A stretch of 62,969 bases of DNA, counting the filler, from Octopus bimaculoides (taxonomy: Eukaryota): the NCBI RefSeq assembly GCF_001194135.2. It is 5 parts of 5 records of this genome, joined end to end, with 100 filler letters (N's around TTAATTAATTAA, not from the genome) between each part and the next. Parts side by side here need not be neighbours in the genome. Positions count along the whole stretch, not along the records: positions 40,539 to 46,049 come from NC_069000.1; positions 46,150 to 50,615 come from NC_068987.1; positions 50,716 to 62,969 come from NC_068981.1; 2 more parts are not named here. One strand, written 5' to 3'. Under the pieces are notes generated by a model. That model saw nothing but the letters and a program-made list of their open reading frames with translations, searched no databases and was not told the origin of the DNA. A program made the translations under genes and the position numbers. Positions within the stretch are counted from its first letter, which is position 1. Every line of letters begins with the position of its first letter. Shown one piece after another: positions 41,095 through 51,944 of this stretch.

Positions 41095-41745
41095 CTAAAT
41101 CTAATGATCATGTCATGTTCTTGTCCTCCAGAACGTCATTCATCAGGAATTTCCGAATTTTTTCCTGCAGCCGTCAAGTAGCAGTTGTTCAACAGTGTCC
41201 TTGATCTCGTTGTTCTCACTCGCTTCGAAGTTGGGTTGTTAGACATGGGGACGACGAAGGCCATGCAAACATCCTGTTGCTCCAGACCAAAGCAATAAAA
41301 ATATAAGTGAAATCAATTCTAGTATGTAGAGAGCTCTGAGATTCATATATTGTTTATCCGGATGTAATAATCCCTTTTTACGCATTCCTTGTAACAAATG
41401 CTATCGTATGATATTTCTATCCATTCCGATATATCTGCGACACTCCTCTACAGAAATCGAAGAAATAATCACACCAGTGGTTGGTTCTTAAACTAGATTG
41501 AAGTTCTTCCCACTTTTTACAGTCAGTTAGGAACATTCATCCTGGCCAAGCTCCATCCCTGTATCTCTTAAGAATGTCATACATAGAGTAATGCTCTTAA
41601 TAACACACATTATTAGCATATTCTTCTAGATTGTTCACGAGAAGCTAGGTGTAAAGCTAATGATTTTTGTCTTTCAGTGAGCCGCTCATGAATCCTCCAG
41701 ATATCTTCAACAAAATCTTCAATCTGAAAATATGACCATATAATA
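41095..41745 (-). pseudogene. Second decayed mariner transposase remnant
   Basis: Minus-strand pieces WRIHERLTERQK (compare WVPHELTERQK), RKKGLLHPDK (compare LLHDNARPH) and NFEASENNEIKDTVEQ (compare F.SE.E.K..V.) are collinear with mariner. Confidence 0.6.
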
Positions 41746-41919
41746 ACAATCACAGTGAAACAGTGTTCAAATGTGTATGTATGTATGTATGTATGTATGT
41801 ATGTATGTATGTATGACTTTGAGTTTTAATTATGAGGAAAGAACTGGTTCCAAACAAAGAAACTGTCTCCCCCCACCACCATCGTTGCTGGTAATTAGAA
41901 GGGATAAATGTTATAGACG

Positions 41920-42331
41920 CTTGTTTCAGTTATTTGACTGCGGCCATGCTGGAGCAACGCCTTTAGTCGAGCAAATAGACTCCAGGACTTATTCTTTGTA
42001 AGCCTAGTACTTATTCTATCGGTCTCTTTCGCCAAACCGCTAAGTTACGGGGACGTAAACACACCAGCATCGGTTGTCAAGCAATGTTGGTGGGAGGGGG
42101 GATAAACACAGACATGGAAACACATACACACACAAACATATATATATTCTTCCGTTCTTCCTTTCTTCCTCTTTCTCCGTTCTTCCATTCTCCGAACTTT
42201 CCATCTTTCCGACGAAGGGCTACGCCCGAAACGTCATGCACTCTCTCTTTCCTTTCCTGAGCGTCCAATAATACTATCCATATCACGTCCTCACTTTGTT
42301 GTTTTTTTGTTCTTTTGTTATTGTTTTTTTG

Positions 42332-42407
<76 letters not shown>

Positions 42408-42544
42408 GACAGGCTTCTTTCAGTTTCCGTCTACCAAATCCACTCACAAGGTTTTGGTTGGCCCGAGGCTATAGGAGAAGACACTTGCTCAAGGTGCCAT
42501 GTGGTTGGTAAGCAAGCTGCTTACCACACAACCACTCCTACGCC
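41920..42544 (-). mobile_element. Full-length SINE family A interrupted at its internal microsatellite by a hammerhead-bearing insert
   Basis: The 3' half lies at 41920-42120 and the 5' half at 42407-42544, ending CTTACCACACAACCACTCCTACGCC. Unrelated sequence and (TA)n lie between them. Confidence 0.85.
42204..42240 (+). ncRNA. Hammerhead-like motif with a mutated core (CCGACGA)
   Basis: TCTTT-CCGACGA-A-GGGC-TAC-GCCC-GAAA-CGTC. Stem II is perfect and the triplet is GUC, but U4 is changed to C and stem I is broken. The downstream TTTCCTGAGCGTC...CACGTCCTC matches the 8075 copy. Confidence 0.5.
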
Positions 42545-42840
42545 TGTTGAACTTTAGAAAAGTTTCGCATATGTATTGCTTACAGATTGTATTTGTTAAG
42601 TGATTGTTAGATGGTCTGCTTCGTTGCCTGCAAAAACACTAGATTTCGAGTGTGTTATTTAAAAATTTGCTAACATAGTCAAGTGTAGGCATGCATTTTT
42701 TTCTTTTATTTCTTTTATTTGTTTCAGTCGTCTGACTGCGGCCATGCTGGTGCACCACCTTTTTGCATGTTTGTATATAAATATGAAGGCATGCAATTGC
42801 GCATGCGTGCATGCACGCATGTAAGTATATGTGTATATAT

Positions 42841-42905
<65 letters not shown>

Positions 42906-43114
42906 NNNNNNNNNNNNNNNNNNNNNNNNNNNNNNNNNNNNNNNNNNNNNNNNNNNNNNNNNNNNNNNNNNNNNNNNNNNNNNNNNNNNNNNNNNNNNNN
43001 NNNNNNNNNNNNNNNNNTATATATGGGAGAATATACAAAAAATAACAACAGACGAGGACAGGTGGTGTAAATAACAAAAGTATATATTAGTATGACGCTC
43101 GGGAATACGGAAAG

Positions 43115-43151
43115 TCTTTGACGTTTCGAGCTACGCTCTTCAACAGAAAGA
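43115..43151 (-). ncRNA. Minimal type-I hammerhead motif with a variant core (CUGUUGA) in a Penelope-type repeat (about 43060-43215)
   Basis: Minus strand: TCTTT-[CTGTTGA]-A-GAGC-GTA-GCTC-[GAAA]-CGTC-AAAGA. Stems I (5 bp) and II (4 bp) are perfect, with a GUC triplet. Confidence 0.6.
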
Positions 43152-43400
43152 ATACGGAGACAAGGAGAAAAACACGGAGAAAAAAAATTGAATAGTGTTC
43201 AGTCAACGGTCAATCATAATAATATATATATATATATATATACAAAAACTCACCTGTGAGCTTTTTGCTAAGACTGTTAACAGATACTATATATTTTGTA
43301 AAATTTTTTTTTATAAAAGTACATATTTAATATATATATATATATATATATATACATCTACGTAAGTGTGCATATATACATACATGCATGCACACATACA

Positions 43401-43431
<31 letters not shown>

Positions 43432-43744
43432 CCTGATTTTCCTTAGTCCCTATCTCACCTTTGTGTGTGCACCAATCCGATCCATTTAAAATCACACGAA
43501 CGGAGGTCTCGCGAGCCATGTTTTGTGTTCAGCGATCGAAAGGATGAATAGTACAAGCTGTACTGTGAATACCAATTGGTTGGGATTGGTTGTTTAATCG
43601 AAGGATGATGATGGCGTATATTTGTATTCATGGATAGATGCATGTATTGATGTATGACTGCGTACATGTCTTCTGATTGGAGTTTTAAAGTGTATTTTGA
43701 CCTGCGAGATAGACAGATACAAAGATAGACAGAGATACAGATAA

Positions 43745-43766
43745 ATAGATAGATGGATAGATAGCC

Positions 43767-43830
<64 letters not shown>

Positions 43831-44028
43831 AATAAATAAATAGATAGACAGTTGGATAAGTTAGATAAATAGAAAGATAGATAACAGATAGGTTGATGGA
43901 TAGATAGATAGATAAGATATGCATATACACACATATGTACACACTTTTGTATGTATGTATAAATTGTAAACATGAATATATGAACGTATGTATGTGCATG
44001 TGTATAAATACACATGCACGCGCGCGCG

Positions 44029-44118
<90 letters not shown>
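43745..44118. repeat. (TAGA)n array and a long (CG)/(CA)n alternating purine-pyrimidine tract
   Basis: Direct reading of the sequence. Confidence 0.9.
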
Positions 44119-44119
<1 letters not shown>

Positions 44120-44345
44120 CGAGCTGGCAGAAACGTTAGCACGCCGGGCGAAATGCTTAGCGGTATTTCGTCTACCGCTACGTTCTGAGTTCAAATTCCG
44201 CCGAGGTCGACTCTGCCTTTCATCCTTTCGGGGTCGATTAAATAAGTACCAGTTACGCACTGGGGTCGGTATAATCGACTTAATCCGTTTGTCTGTCCTT
44301 GTTTGTCCCCTCTGTGTGTAGCCCCTTGCGGGTAGTAAAGAAATA
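44119..44345 (+). mobile_element. SINE family B, long-tail variant, inserted in a (CA)n tract
   Basis: Near-consensus GCGAGCTGGCAGAAACGTTAGCACGCCGGGCGAAATGCTTAGCGG...GAGTTCAAATTCCGCCGAGGTCGAC...GTAGTAAAGAAATA. Confidence 0.92.
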
Positions 44346-44730
44346 ACACACACGTTCATATATATTTATATAAATGCATGTCTAAAATCTAATAAAAGCG
44401 TAGCTGGCAGATTCGAGCGAAAGGAACATGGAAAAATAGAAAAAGAAAAAGAAAAGATAAACTACGAGGAAAACAAAGAAATCTTTCATAAAACGGCGCT
44501 GGAATTTTATAATCAGGAATAGAATTACAGGAATAAAGAGAGAGATTTTAGTAAACATAGCGAAAATGGTAATAAAATACAATATAATATAAATAAATAA
44601 ATGCATTTGCTGTATTTAAAATTTATTGGATTGCGTAATAGTGTAATTTGCTAAACTATACACACACGCACCAAACACACATACACGCACACACACATAC
44701 GCACGCACACATACACAGTCTTTTGTTTTT

Positions 44731-45275
44731 TTGCTTGTTTCAGTCATTTATCTGCAGCCATACTGGAGCACCATCTTGAAGGGTTTTAGTCGAACAAATC
44801 GACCCCAGGACATATTTTAAAGCCTAGTACCTGTTCTATCGTTTCCTTTTTGCCGAAACACTAAGTTATGGGGACGTATGCACACCGACACCGGTGATGA
44901 GGGGATAAATACAGACAGAAAGCCACACACACATATATGCGACTGGCTTCTTTTAGTTTTCGTCTACGAAATCCACTCACAAAGCTTTGGTTAGCCCGAG
45001 GCTATAATAGAAGACACTTTTACCCAAAAGTGTCACGCAATGGGACTGAACCCGGGACCATGTGGTTGGGAAGCAAGCTTCTCACCACTTACCACACCCT
45101 CATATAAACGACGGGCTTCCACAAAGTTTCCGTCTACCAAATTCATTCTCAAGCATTAGCCAGCCCAGGGCTATAGAAGTGGAATATATAATTGCCCAAG
45201 GTGCCGTGCAGAGGGACTGAACTCGAAACCACATGACTGCAAAGCAAGCTTTTTAACCACACAGCCATGCCTGAT
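44731..45275 (-). mobile_element. SINE family A copy (44731-45090) plus an adjacent 5'-half copy (45105-45275)
   Basis: Reverse-complement family A motifs CTTGTTTCAGTCATTT..GCAGCCATACTGGAGCACC, CGTCTAC.AAAT.CA.TC.CAA and GGGACTGAACCCGG. Confidence 0.85.
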
Positions 45276-45626
45276 AATATTTCTTTCTCTGCTTTGTTTG
45301 TTTTTTTTTATTCCAATTTCTTAAACAGAAGTAAAAAGAAAAGTATTGCTGATAACATCACATCTGACCATTTATGCTCAGAGAGGCATAAATAACTCAA
45401 CAGCAGCAACAAGTGTTGTATATTCGTTGTAAACAAACTTAAACAAGGCAGCTAGTCACAGATATTAGTCTGTAATAAAGAACGGTGATATATATATATT
45501 TATATATATATATATAATCCACCTTAGCGTAGAAACTCCAGAATTAGTGTTAAAATGAAGGGCAAGGTTAGTATGGTTTTGATGATGCTGGCAGCGGCGG
45601 TGTGTAAATGGATGGTTTATTATTAA

Positions 45627-45800
45627 GGCGGCAATCTGGCAGAATGGTTAGCACGCCTGGCAAAATGCTTAGCGGTAGGTTCTGAGTTCAAATTCCGCTG
45701 AAGTCGACTTTGCTTTTTATCCTTTCGGGGTCGATAAAATAAGTACCAGCTAAGTAATGGGGGTCGATGTAATTTCAGGCCTTGTGCCTATAGTAGAAAA
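45627..45800 (+). mobile_element. SINE family B, short-tail variant
   Basis: GGCGGCAATCTGGCAGAATGGTTAGCACG, GAGTTCAAATTCC, the core and TTTCAGGCCTTGTGCCTATAGTAGAAA. Confidence 0.87.
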
Positions 45801-45804
45801 AAAT

Positions 45805-46048
45805 TATCATTATTATTTGATGAAAATTCTCAGTTTATTTTGCTGGGTATGACGGAAAGTGTCAGCTGTCCACAGCCAGCAGACTAAGGTGACACCTGGT
45901 TACAGGTCATGCTTCAAGAGCCCTGCGAAGAATTCCTGCAGTAACAAGCAATGCTGATTTTTGTAGGTGTTCTATATTTATATTTGTACGAAAAACCGCT
46001 GCAATAAGTGTGTGAATCTGAGAAGGGGAATATGTTGAATAAAATCAT
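45805..46048 (-). mobile_element. 3' end of an RLE-type (R4/Dong/HERO-like) non-LTR retrotransposon
   Basis: The minus strand reads NIEHLQKSALLVTAGILRRALEA*, matching the C-terminal motif LQK..LLGTA.ILR..L. A short 3' UTR and an AAT-like tail follow. Confidence 0.65.
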
Positions 46049-46149
46049 ANNNNNNNNNNNNNNNNNNNNNNNNNNNNNNNNNNNNNNNNNNNNTTAATTA
46101 ATTAANNNNNNNNNNNNNNNNNNNNNNNNNNNNNNNNNNNNNNNNNNNN

Positions 46150-46229
<80 letters not shown>

Positions 46230-47078
46230 CTTTCTTATGAAAAGTAGCGATAAAGAAATACAATTAGATGAACTGAGGTAGAATTATGAGGAATTAAATT
46301 CCTTATTATGAATTGTTAAAGAGATTCAAAGTCAAACTGGTATCGTCATTGTTGTTCACTGGCTTTGAATGCGCACCGATCATCAAACGGTGTCGGCTCT
46401 ACGAGCCCTTGAGCTTGACTTTGAATCTCTTTAAAAATTCAAAATGACGATTTTAATTTCCCTTAATTCTACTTCAGTTCATACATACATACATACATAC
46501 ATACATACATACATACATACATACATACATAATACATAATACATGCATACATACATACATATACATACATAAACGTATATATAACAGAGAGGACAATGAA
46601 GCAAAATGAGAGAAAACAGAAAAAAGCCGTAAAAGATGAATAAAGCACGCGCGCGTGCTTGTGTGTGTGTGAGTTTATGCATGTGCGTACATATATGTAT
46701 GTATGTATGTAAGTATGTATGTATACACACACAAACACACACACTCATAAGTTTCTGTATGCAAAAAGAAAAATATAGAGCACTCAATGCATGATGTAGA
46801 ATTTATATCTATTATTAGCAATTTGTAATTACTCAACTCTCATTACACGATGCATAAAATATACGTATGATTGATAAGGCAAGAATTAGAGAATGGTAGT
46901 CCTTTAAATCCAAATCCTTCACACGATGACCAAATTCATCAGTAGTATTAACAATTACATTTGTTTCAAGTTAGACATCCATGAATACCGGATTATGTAC
47001 ATAGTTTTAAAAAATTGTTCATATTCGAGTGTTATATTTTACGAATATGCATTGCCACAAAATCGGTCGATTACTTAC

Positions 47079-47134
47079 TTTCTGTTCCTTTTCCATAACA
47101 ACCGAAAACATCTTTTCTTCGTTATAGAATTTAT
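47079..47134 (-). CDS. Weak candidate internal exon (56 nt)
   Basis: Minus-strand acceptor GCATTTTCTTATAG and donor GTAAGT. The phase-1 frame reads DKFYNEEKMFSVVMEKEQK. No partner exon was found. Confidence 0.2.
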
Positions 47135-47345
47135 CTATAAGAAAATGCAACCTTTTTGATGGTACTGTCACCATTCCTTCTCTGCCCGCTAAAAAAAAAT
47201 AGGGGGAGAAGAAACAAAAACAATAGAAAGAAAAGCATATATAAATTATGTCAGAAGAAATTATCAAGATGTTTACAATTTTGATAAATGGTTGACAATA
47301 ATTTCAGAAGGAAAAATTCTGCGAAAAGGCTTGTTAAAATTGTGA

Positions 47346-47430
<85 letters not shown>

Positions 47431-47489
47431 TGTGTGCGTGCGTGTGTGCGTGTGGATTACTCTTAGCCTTGCCAAATGATCAGAATATG

Positions 47490-47527
47490 TTTCACTGATG
47501 AGGTCTAGTAAAACTGAAACACGTTTG
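47490..47527 (+). ncRNA. Isolated hammerhead-core-like motif
   Basis: CTGATGA-GGT-CTAGTAAA-ACT-GAAA-CACGTT has canonical core words, a weak 3-bp stem II and a poor stem I. Confidence 0.35.
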
Positions 47528-47847
47528 CTTTTCACCAATTGGCTTTATTGCAATCTGTATTATCAATACCAAATGTTCGATCAACTCATCATATCAGAGT
47601 CATTTCCCTCGCTTGTTTTGGGGGTGAATCAAAAAGAGGTAGATTTTGTATACTAATTGTTCTGATATTCTCAGTTGATCGAAGCTTTTCAACTTACTGC
47701 ATACAAAAAGAGACTGCATAATGGAAAACTAAAAATGCAACACCTCCAGAATATGACATTGCGCTTCTGTCGGATTGCACAGTGAGTCCTCTGTTGACTA
47801 AGTGGCGCATGGTAATTTGTTGCCCTGTATATATGGATCATAGTGAA

Positions 47848-48131
47848 GGCTTAGGGGTTAGGATGTTCAGCTCACGATCTTAAGACAGTTTATGAGAAAG
47901 AGCCTTTATTTCACGTTGCTCCAGTCCATTCAGCTGGCAAAAACGAGCTGTACCAGTAATTCAAAGGGTCAATCTTGTCACATTCTGTGACATGCTGAAT
48001 CTCCCTGAGAACAGCGTTAGGAGCACGCGTGTCCGTGGGGTGCTCAGTCACTTACACGTTGAGTTCACGAGCTGGTTTTTCCATTGATCGAATCAACTGG
48101 AACACTTGTCGTCGTAACCGACGGCGTTCCA
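47848..48131 (+). mobile_element. Third SINE type (family C) with a LINE-derived 3' tail
   Basis: Decayed tRNA-like head GGCTTAGGGGTTAGGATGTTCAGCTCACGATC, central TTTATTTCACGTTGCTCCAGTCCATTCAGCTGGC, and a tail homologous to 40795-40970. Confidence 0.7.
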
Positions 48132-48314
48132 GGTCATTTATGGATCACGGGCCTCTGTTCAACCAACATAACGTTTAAACAATAACAACAAGAGCTCCCA
48201 GGGACCGCAAACCTCCGCCAAGGCAACACCAACATCCTCTCAACGATTAACTGGAGATGATTTTTAAAATGAGAATATCTGAAATAAACTCGACTGCTCT
48301 CACAAACGAATATA

Positions 48315-49037
48315 CAGACTGTCCTCATTTAACGATCGAGTTACGTTCCAACAGACCCGTCGTTAAACTAATATTCATAGGGTACGTATTTTTTTTTTAT
48401 AAGCATACTGTACTGTACGTACATATAAAAACAGAATACCGTACTGTATAAAGTATATGCAGTAAAGGGCCAAGAATCACAAACATAAATTGTTGAAAAA
48501 TGAATAAGTAACAGTAAGATTATCACAAGGAAAACCTTAAAAGTTAGGATATGGATGCTGTATTATTGTAGCTCAGACATCGTAAGTATGTTTGTGATTC
48601 CAGGCCCAGTACATAAAATGCCTAATAAACTTTTCTCAGGATTATATAGAAAAGGTGAAAAGGTTTAAAGGAAACTCAAACATAATAACTTTGTTTTACT
48701 TTGGATAAAGATTACAAAAGCAACTCATTCTTGACATCAAAATGCATGAAAAATCCCGTCAGTGTTGTTTGCTTTGTTATCTTTTTTTCGTCATAAATTT
48801 CTCGATAACATCGGAAAAGTTCAGTTGTCTGCTTTTCCACCTTGGAAAATCGCTCAAAATTTGGATCCATCGCCTCAAGTTCTATTTTGTAAAATATATA
48901 ATGACGGCTCGTAAAGTTCGTCGTAACTCCGAGTGGTCATTAAATAGGTAGGTCGTTAAATAGGTAGGTCGTTAAATAGGTAGGTCGGTAAATAGGTAGG
49001 TCGTTAAATAGGTAGGTCGTTAAATGAGGACAGTCTG
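48315..49037. mobile_element. Tc1/mariner-superfamily (pogo/Tigger-like) MITE, 723 bp
   Basis: Perfect 21-bp TIRs CAGACTGTCCTCATTTAACGA (48315-48335) and TCGTTAAATGAGGACAGTCTG (49017-49037), flanked by TA on both sides, with no transposase. Confidence 0.88.
48940..49025 (+). repeat. 16-bp minisatellite TTAAATAGGTAGGTCG, 5 copies plus a partial
   Basis: Direct reading. One unit has a single T-to-G change. Confidence 0.95.
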
Positions 49038-49336
49038 TACTAAAAATGAACCCGACCGCTCTCAAAATTTAAGTAAAATAATAATAATAATAATAATCCA
49101 GAATCTTTGTCCAATACCGGATAGATCCCAAAATCTAATCAGTTCGTGCCCGTCACGAGGTGAAGCATCACTGGAAATTTCATCTGAATCTATCCAGTGT
49201 TTCTTGAGATATCTTGCCCACGGATAAACAAACAAACAAACACGACGGAAAACAATGTCACTGCCTTCGCTCAGGCGGAGGTGATAACGATAAAATGTTA
49301 CAGTCATTAGAATAGATGGATACTAAAGAAGTAATA

Positions 49337-49528
49337 CTCATCAGAATGGTTAGAGTACTAAACAAGACGAGGCCATTGTCTCCAGGGAGGATTTGAGGAC
49401 AGAAGCAAGAGAGAGGGTGAGACAAGTGCGCTTCTAAATAGAATATTGATGTATCACTTGTACGTACTCTGAGTATCTGCAGGAGTATTGAGAGGGGGGA
49501 TGGGATACTCGGGTGGTCGGTTTTGGTA

Positions 49529-49562
<34 letters not shown>

Positions 49563-49635
49563 CCAGTACCGTAAATTCAGTTGAACCTTAGCTCAGCATC
49601 GACGAAGGCAACAGAGAGGTCGATGAAGGAAATGG

Positions 49636-49685
<50 letters not shown>

Positions 49686-49733
49686 GTGATGGTGATGATG
49701 ATGATGGTGATGATGATGGTGATGGTGATGATG

Positions 49734-49793
<60 letters not shown>

Positions 49794-50343
49794 GCAATGG
49801 TGGCAGTAGTTGCTGCTGATGATGATGATGATGCTGATGCTGATGCTGATGCAGCTGACGCTGCCGATGCTGTTGCTGCAGGTGATGAGAACGCTGATGT
49901 GATGCATGATGATAACGATGGTGATACTTTTACTACTTGACAATGAGAATGGTGCCAACATCATTTGACCAAACCAACTGGATGAACAAATGTGGTGCAC
50001 ACACACACCGTCATCCAATTTTATACAATTATATGTAACTTAATTGCTAACACACAACTCATATCATACAACAAAATATAAATGTTAATTAACGACTTAC
50101 CATGCATTTGCTTATTGATGGACGAAACCATGTCTTTCCTTAATTTAGAAATCTCAGAATACAGCCTGTTTTTTAGCTTCGACCATTCACGTTCTTTTTC
50201 AATTAGACACTCCTGCAAAGCATACATCATCGGAATGGTTAGAGAGCTAAACACGATGAGGACATTGTCTCCTCAAGGGATTTAAGGACAGAAGCAATAG
50301 AAAGGGTGAGATAAGTGCGTTTCTAAATAAAATATTGATGTAT
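49337..50343 (+). repeat. Two diverged ~120-bp direct repeats (49337-49453 and 50225-50343)
   Basis: Both read CATC.GAATGGTTAGAG..CTAAAC..GA.GAGG.CATTGTCTCC...GAGGACAGAAGCAA.AGA.AGGGTGAGA.AAGTGCG.TTCTAAATA.AATATTGATGTAT. Confidence 0.8.
49634..49925. repeat. (GAT/GGT/GCT)n trinucleotide array
   Basis: Direct reading of the sequence. Confidence 0.92.
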
Positions 50344-50344
50344 A

Positions 50345-50525
50345 GGCGCAGGAGTGGTTATATGGTAAGTAGCTTGCTTACCAACCACATGGTTCCGGGT
50401 TCAGTCCCACTGCGTGGCACCTTGGGCAAGTGTCTTCTACTATAGTCTCTGGCCGACCAAAGCCTTGTGAGTGGATTTAGTAGACGGAAAACTGAAAGAA
50501 GCCCGTCGTATATATATATATATAT

Positions 50526-50568
<43 letters not shown>

Positions 50569-50615
50569 TATGTATGTGTGTGTATATGTTTGTGTGTCTG
50601 TTTGTCCCCCCCCCT
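50345..50615 (+). mobile_element. SINE family A with an intact 5' end, truncated by a gap
   Basis: GGCGCAGGAGTGGTTATATGGTAAGTAGC (A-box region), GGGTTCAGTCCC (B box), the body and an internal (TA)/(TAGA)/(TG) tract. Confidence 0.92.
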
Positions 50616-50717
50616 NNNNNNNNNNNNNNNNNNNNNNNNNNNNNNNNNNNNNNNNNNNNTTAATTAATTAANNNNNNNNNNNNNNNNNNNNNNNNNNNNN
50701 NNNNNNNNNNNNNNNAA

Positions 50718-51347
50718 TACATAAACTGGTCAAACAGTTTCGCCAGCGTGCAAGTTAGATTTGACAGCGAAGAGAAAGCGAAACAGTTGTCCACGCTGAC
50801 TCTTCGTTCCGAAAATATAATATTGGTGCCCACGTACCCTGGACAAAGGGTAACCAAAGTATCGATAAAAAATGTCCCTCCAGAAGTGGAATCACAATGG
50901 CTGTTATCAGCGATTTGTTATCACATGGAAGGAAATATAAACATTCTAGAAACTACTGCATTAAAGCAAGAAGACTGGAATGGAACAAAATTCGATGTCC
51001 TATTACAGATTACACAGGAAGAATCAAAAGAAATTCCAACTCAAATTGAGCTGCCAGACGGCCACACCCTCTACGTTGTGGTAGAAGTTAGAAGGCCTCG
51101 ATGCTACCTCTGTGGCATCGAAGGGCACCTCAAAAAAGATTGCCCGACAACAACAGATAACAAAAAACAACAAGAAGGAAAAACAGCCCAAAAAGGACCC
51201 CTACTACCCACACCACCACCAACACAAAGAACGAGCAAAAGGAGCAAGACAGAAGAATCCCACAAACCAAACCCGCCTACACCAACAAATGTACCCGAAA
51301 AAACACAACCAACAACTACAAGAACTAAGGAAACTGTAAAAGCATAA
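50718..51347 (+). CDS. ORF1 (gag-like) of an L1/Tx1-type non-LTR retrotransposon, 5' end lost in the gap
   Basis: The frame is open from the gap edge (209 codons). It contains an RRM-like segment (KVSIKNVPPEV), one CCHC knuckle (CYLCGIEGHLKKDC) and a Pro/Thr/Lys-rich tail. Confidence 0.8.
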   Translation, partial: YINWSNSFASVQVRFDSEEKAKQLSTLTLRSENIILVPTYPGQRVTKVSIKNVPPEVESQWLLSAICYHMEGNINILETTALKQEDWNGTKFDVLLQITQEESKEIPTQIELPDGHTLYVVVEVRRPRCYLCGIEGHLKKDCPTTTDNKKQQEGKTAQKGPLLPTPPPTQRTSKRSKTEESHKPNPPTPTNVPEKTQPTTTRTKETVKA

Positions 51348-51944
51348 GACAATACAAAAACTAATTCCCTTTCTCCCACATCACAAACATGTGTGCATCA
51401 ATGTATGTATATGTATATATATATATATATATCCATCCCCCATGCCTCTGTCTATGTTTCATTTCTTCTGTGTGTGTGTATGTATGTGTGTGCGTGTGTT
51501 TGTGTGTGTTTATACACACATACACATTTATACTCATATTTACGTCATAATGTTATACTCATAATTATTGGTTTATAATATTAGCTTACATTGATTTATG
51601 CTTACCATCTTACTTTTTACTATATTTAGCAAATTTCCATATTTATTATGGTTATAAATTTGTAAAATTTGTGTTTTATCATACCATACTTTATTCCGCT
51701 ATATTGTGCTGCACTCGATCCCTCTCATATGTTCCCAGATGGATTCTGGGGCACAAACATTAAGGGCCGTTAGGCCAAGTCTCATTGTAATAGGTAACGC
51801 TTTGGAGAAATTTTGAAAAGATATAGAATAGATATAAGAGAAGATAATAGTAGAAGAAAGAAAAAGAGAGAGAAAAATGTCGCGAGGCGAGAAGAAATGA
51901 CGTCCTGTTAAGTACGCGGCCCGTCTAGAAAAGACAGAGGTGAG

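Larger units (their letters stand above)
48187..49287. mobile_element. Helentron-associated non-autonomous (HINE/DINE-like) element split by a MITE
   Basis: It starts AACAAGAG. Sub-terminal inverted repeats are ACCTCCGCC (48211-48219) and GGCGGAGGT (49274-49282). There is a terminal GC hairpin CTGCCTTCGCTCAGGCGG and an internal (AAAC)n. Confidence 0.6.

Noticed and set aside
44119-44210. A-box and B-box motifs considered as tRNA genes
   Set aside because: They are tRNA-derived SINE heads that continue into SINE bodies, and I could not form a full cloverleaf.
48940-49025. Regularly spaced repeats considered as a possible CRISPR array
   Set aside because: The units are head-to-tail with no unique spacers, the context is eukaryotic and there are no cas genes.
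49581-50018. Poly-Met, poly-His and poly-Ser ORFs
   Set aside because: These are translations of a (GAT/GGT)n array. The same applies to the poly-Ile/Tyr/Leu/Asn ORFs at about 20000-23900 and the HT/CV/YI dipeptide ORFs throughout.
29622-50671. TTAATTAATTAA islands inside N runs at 29622-29633, 40483-40494, 46094-46105 and 50660-50671
   Set aside because: The same 12-mer, with stops in all six frames, appears isolated in the middle of gaps four times. This is an assembly or scaffolding spacer, not biology.
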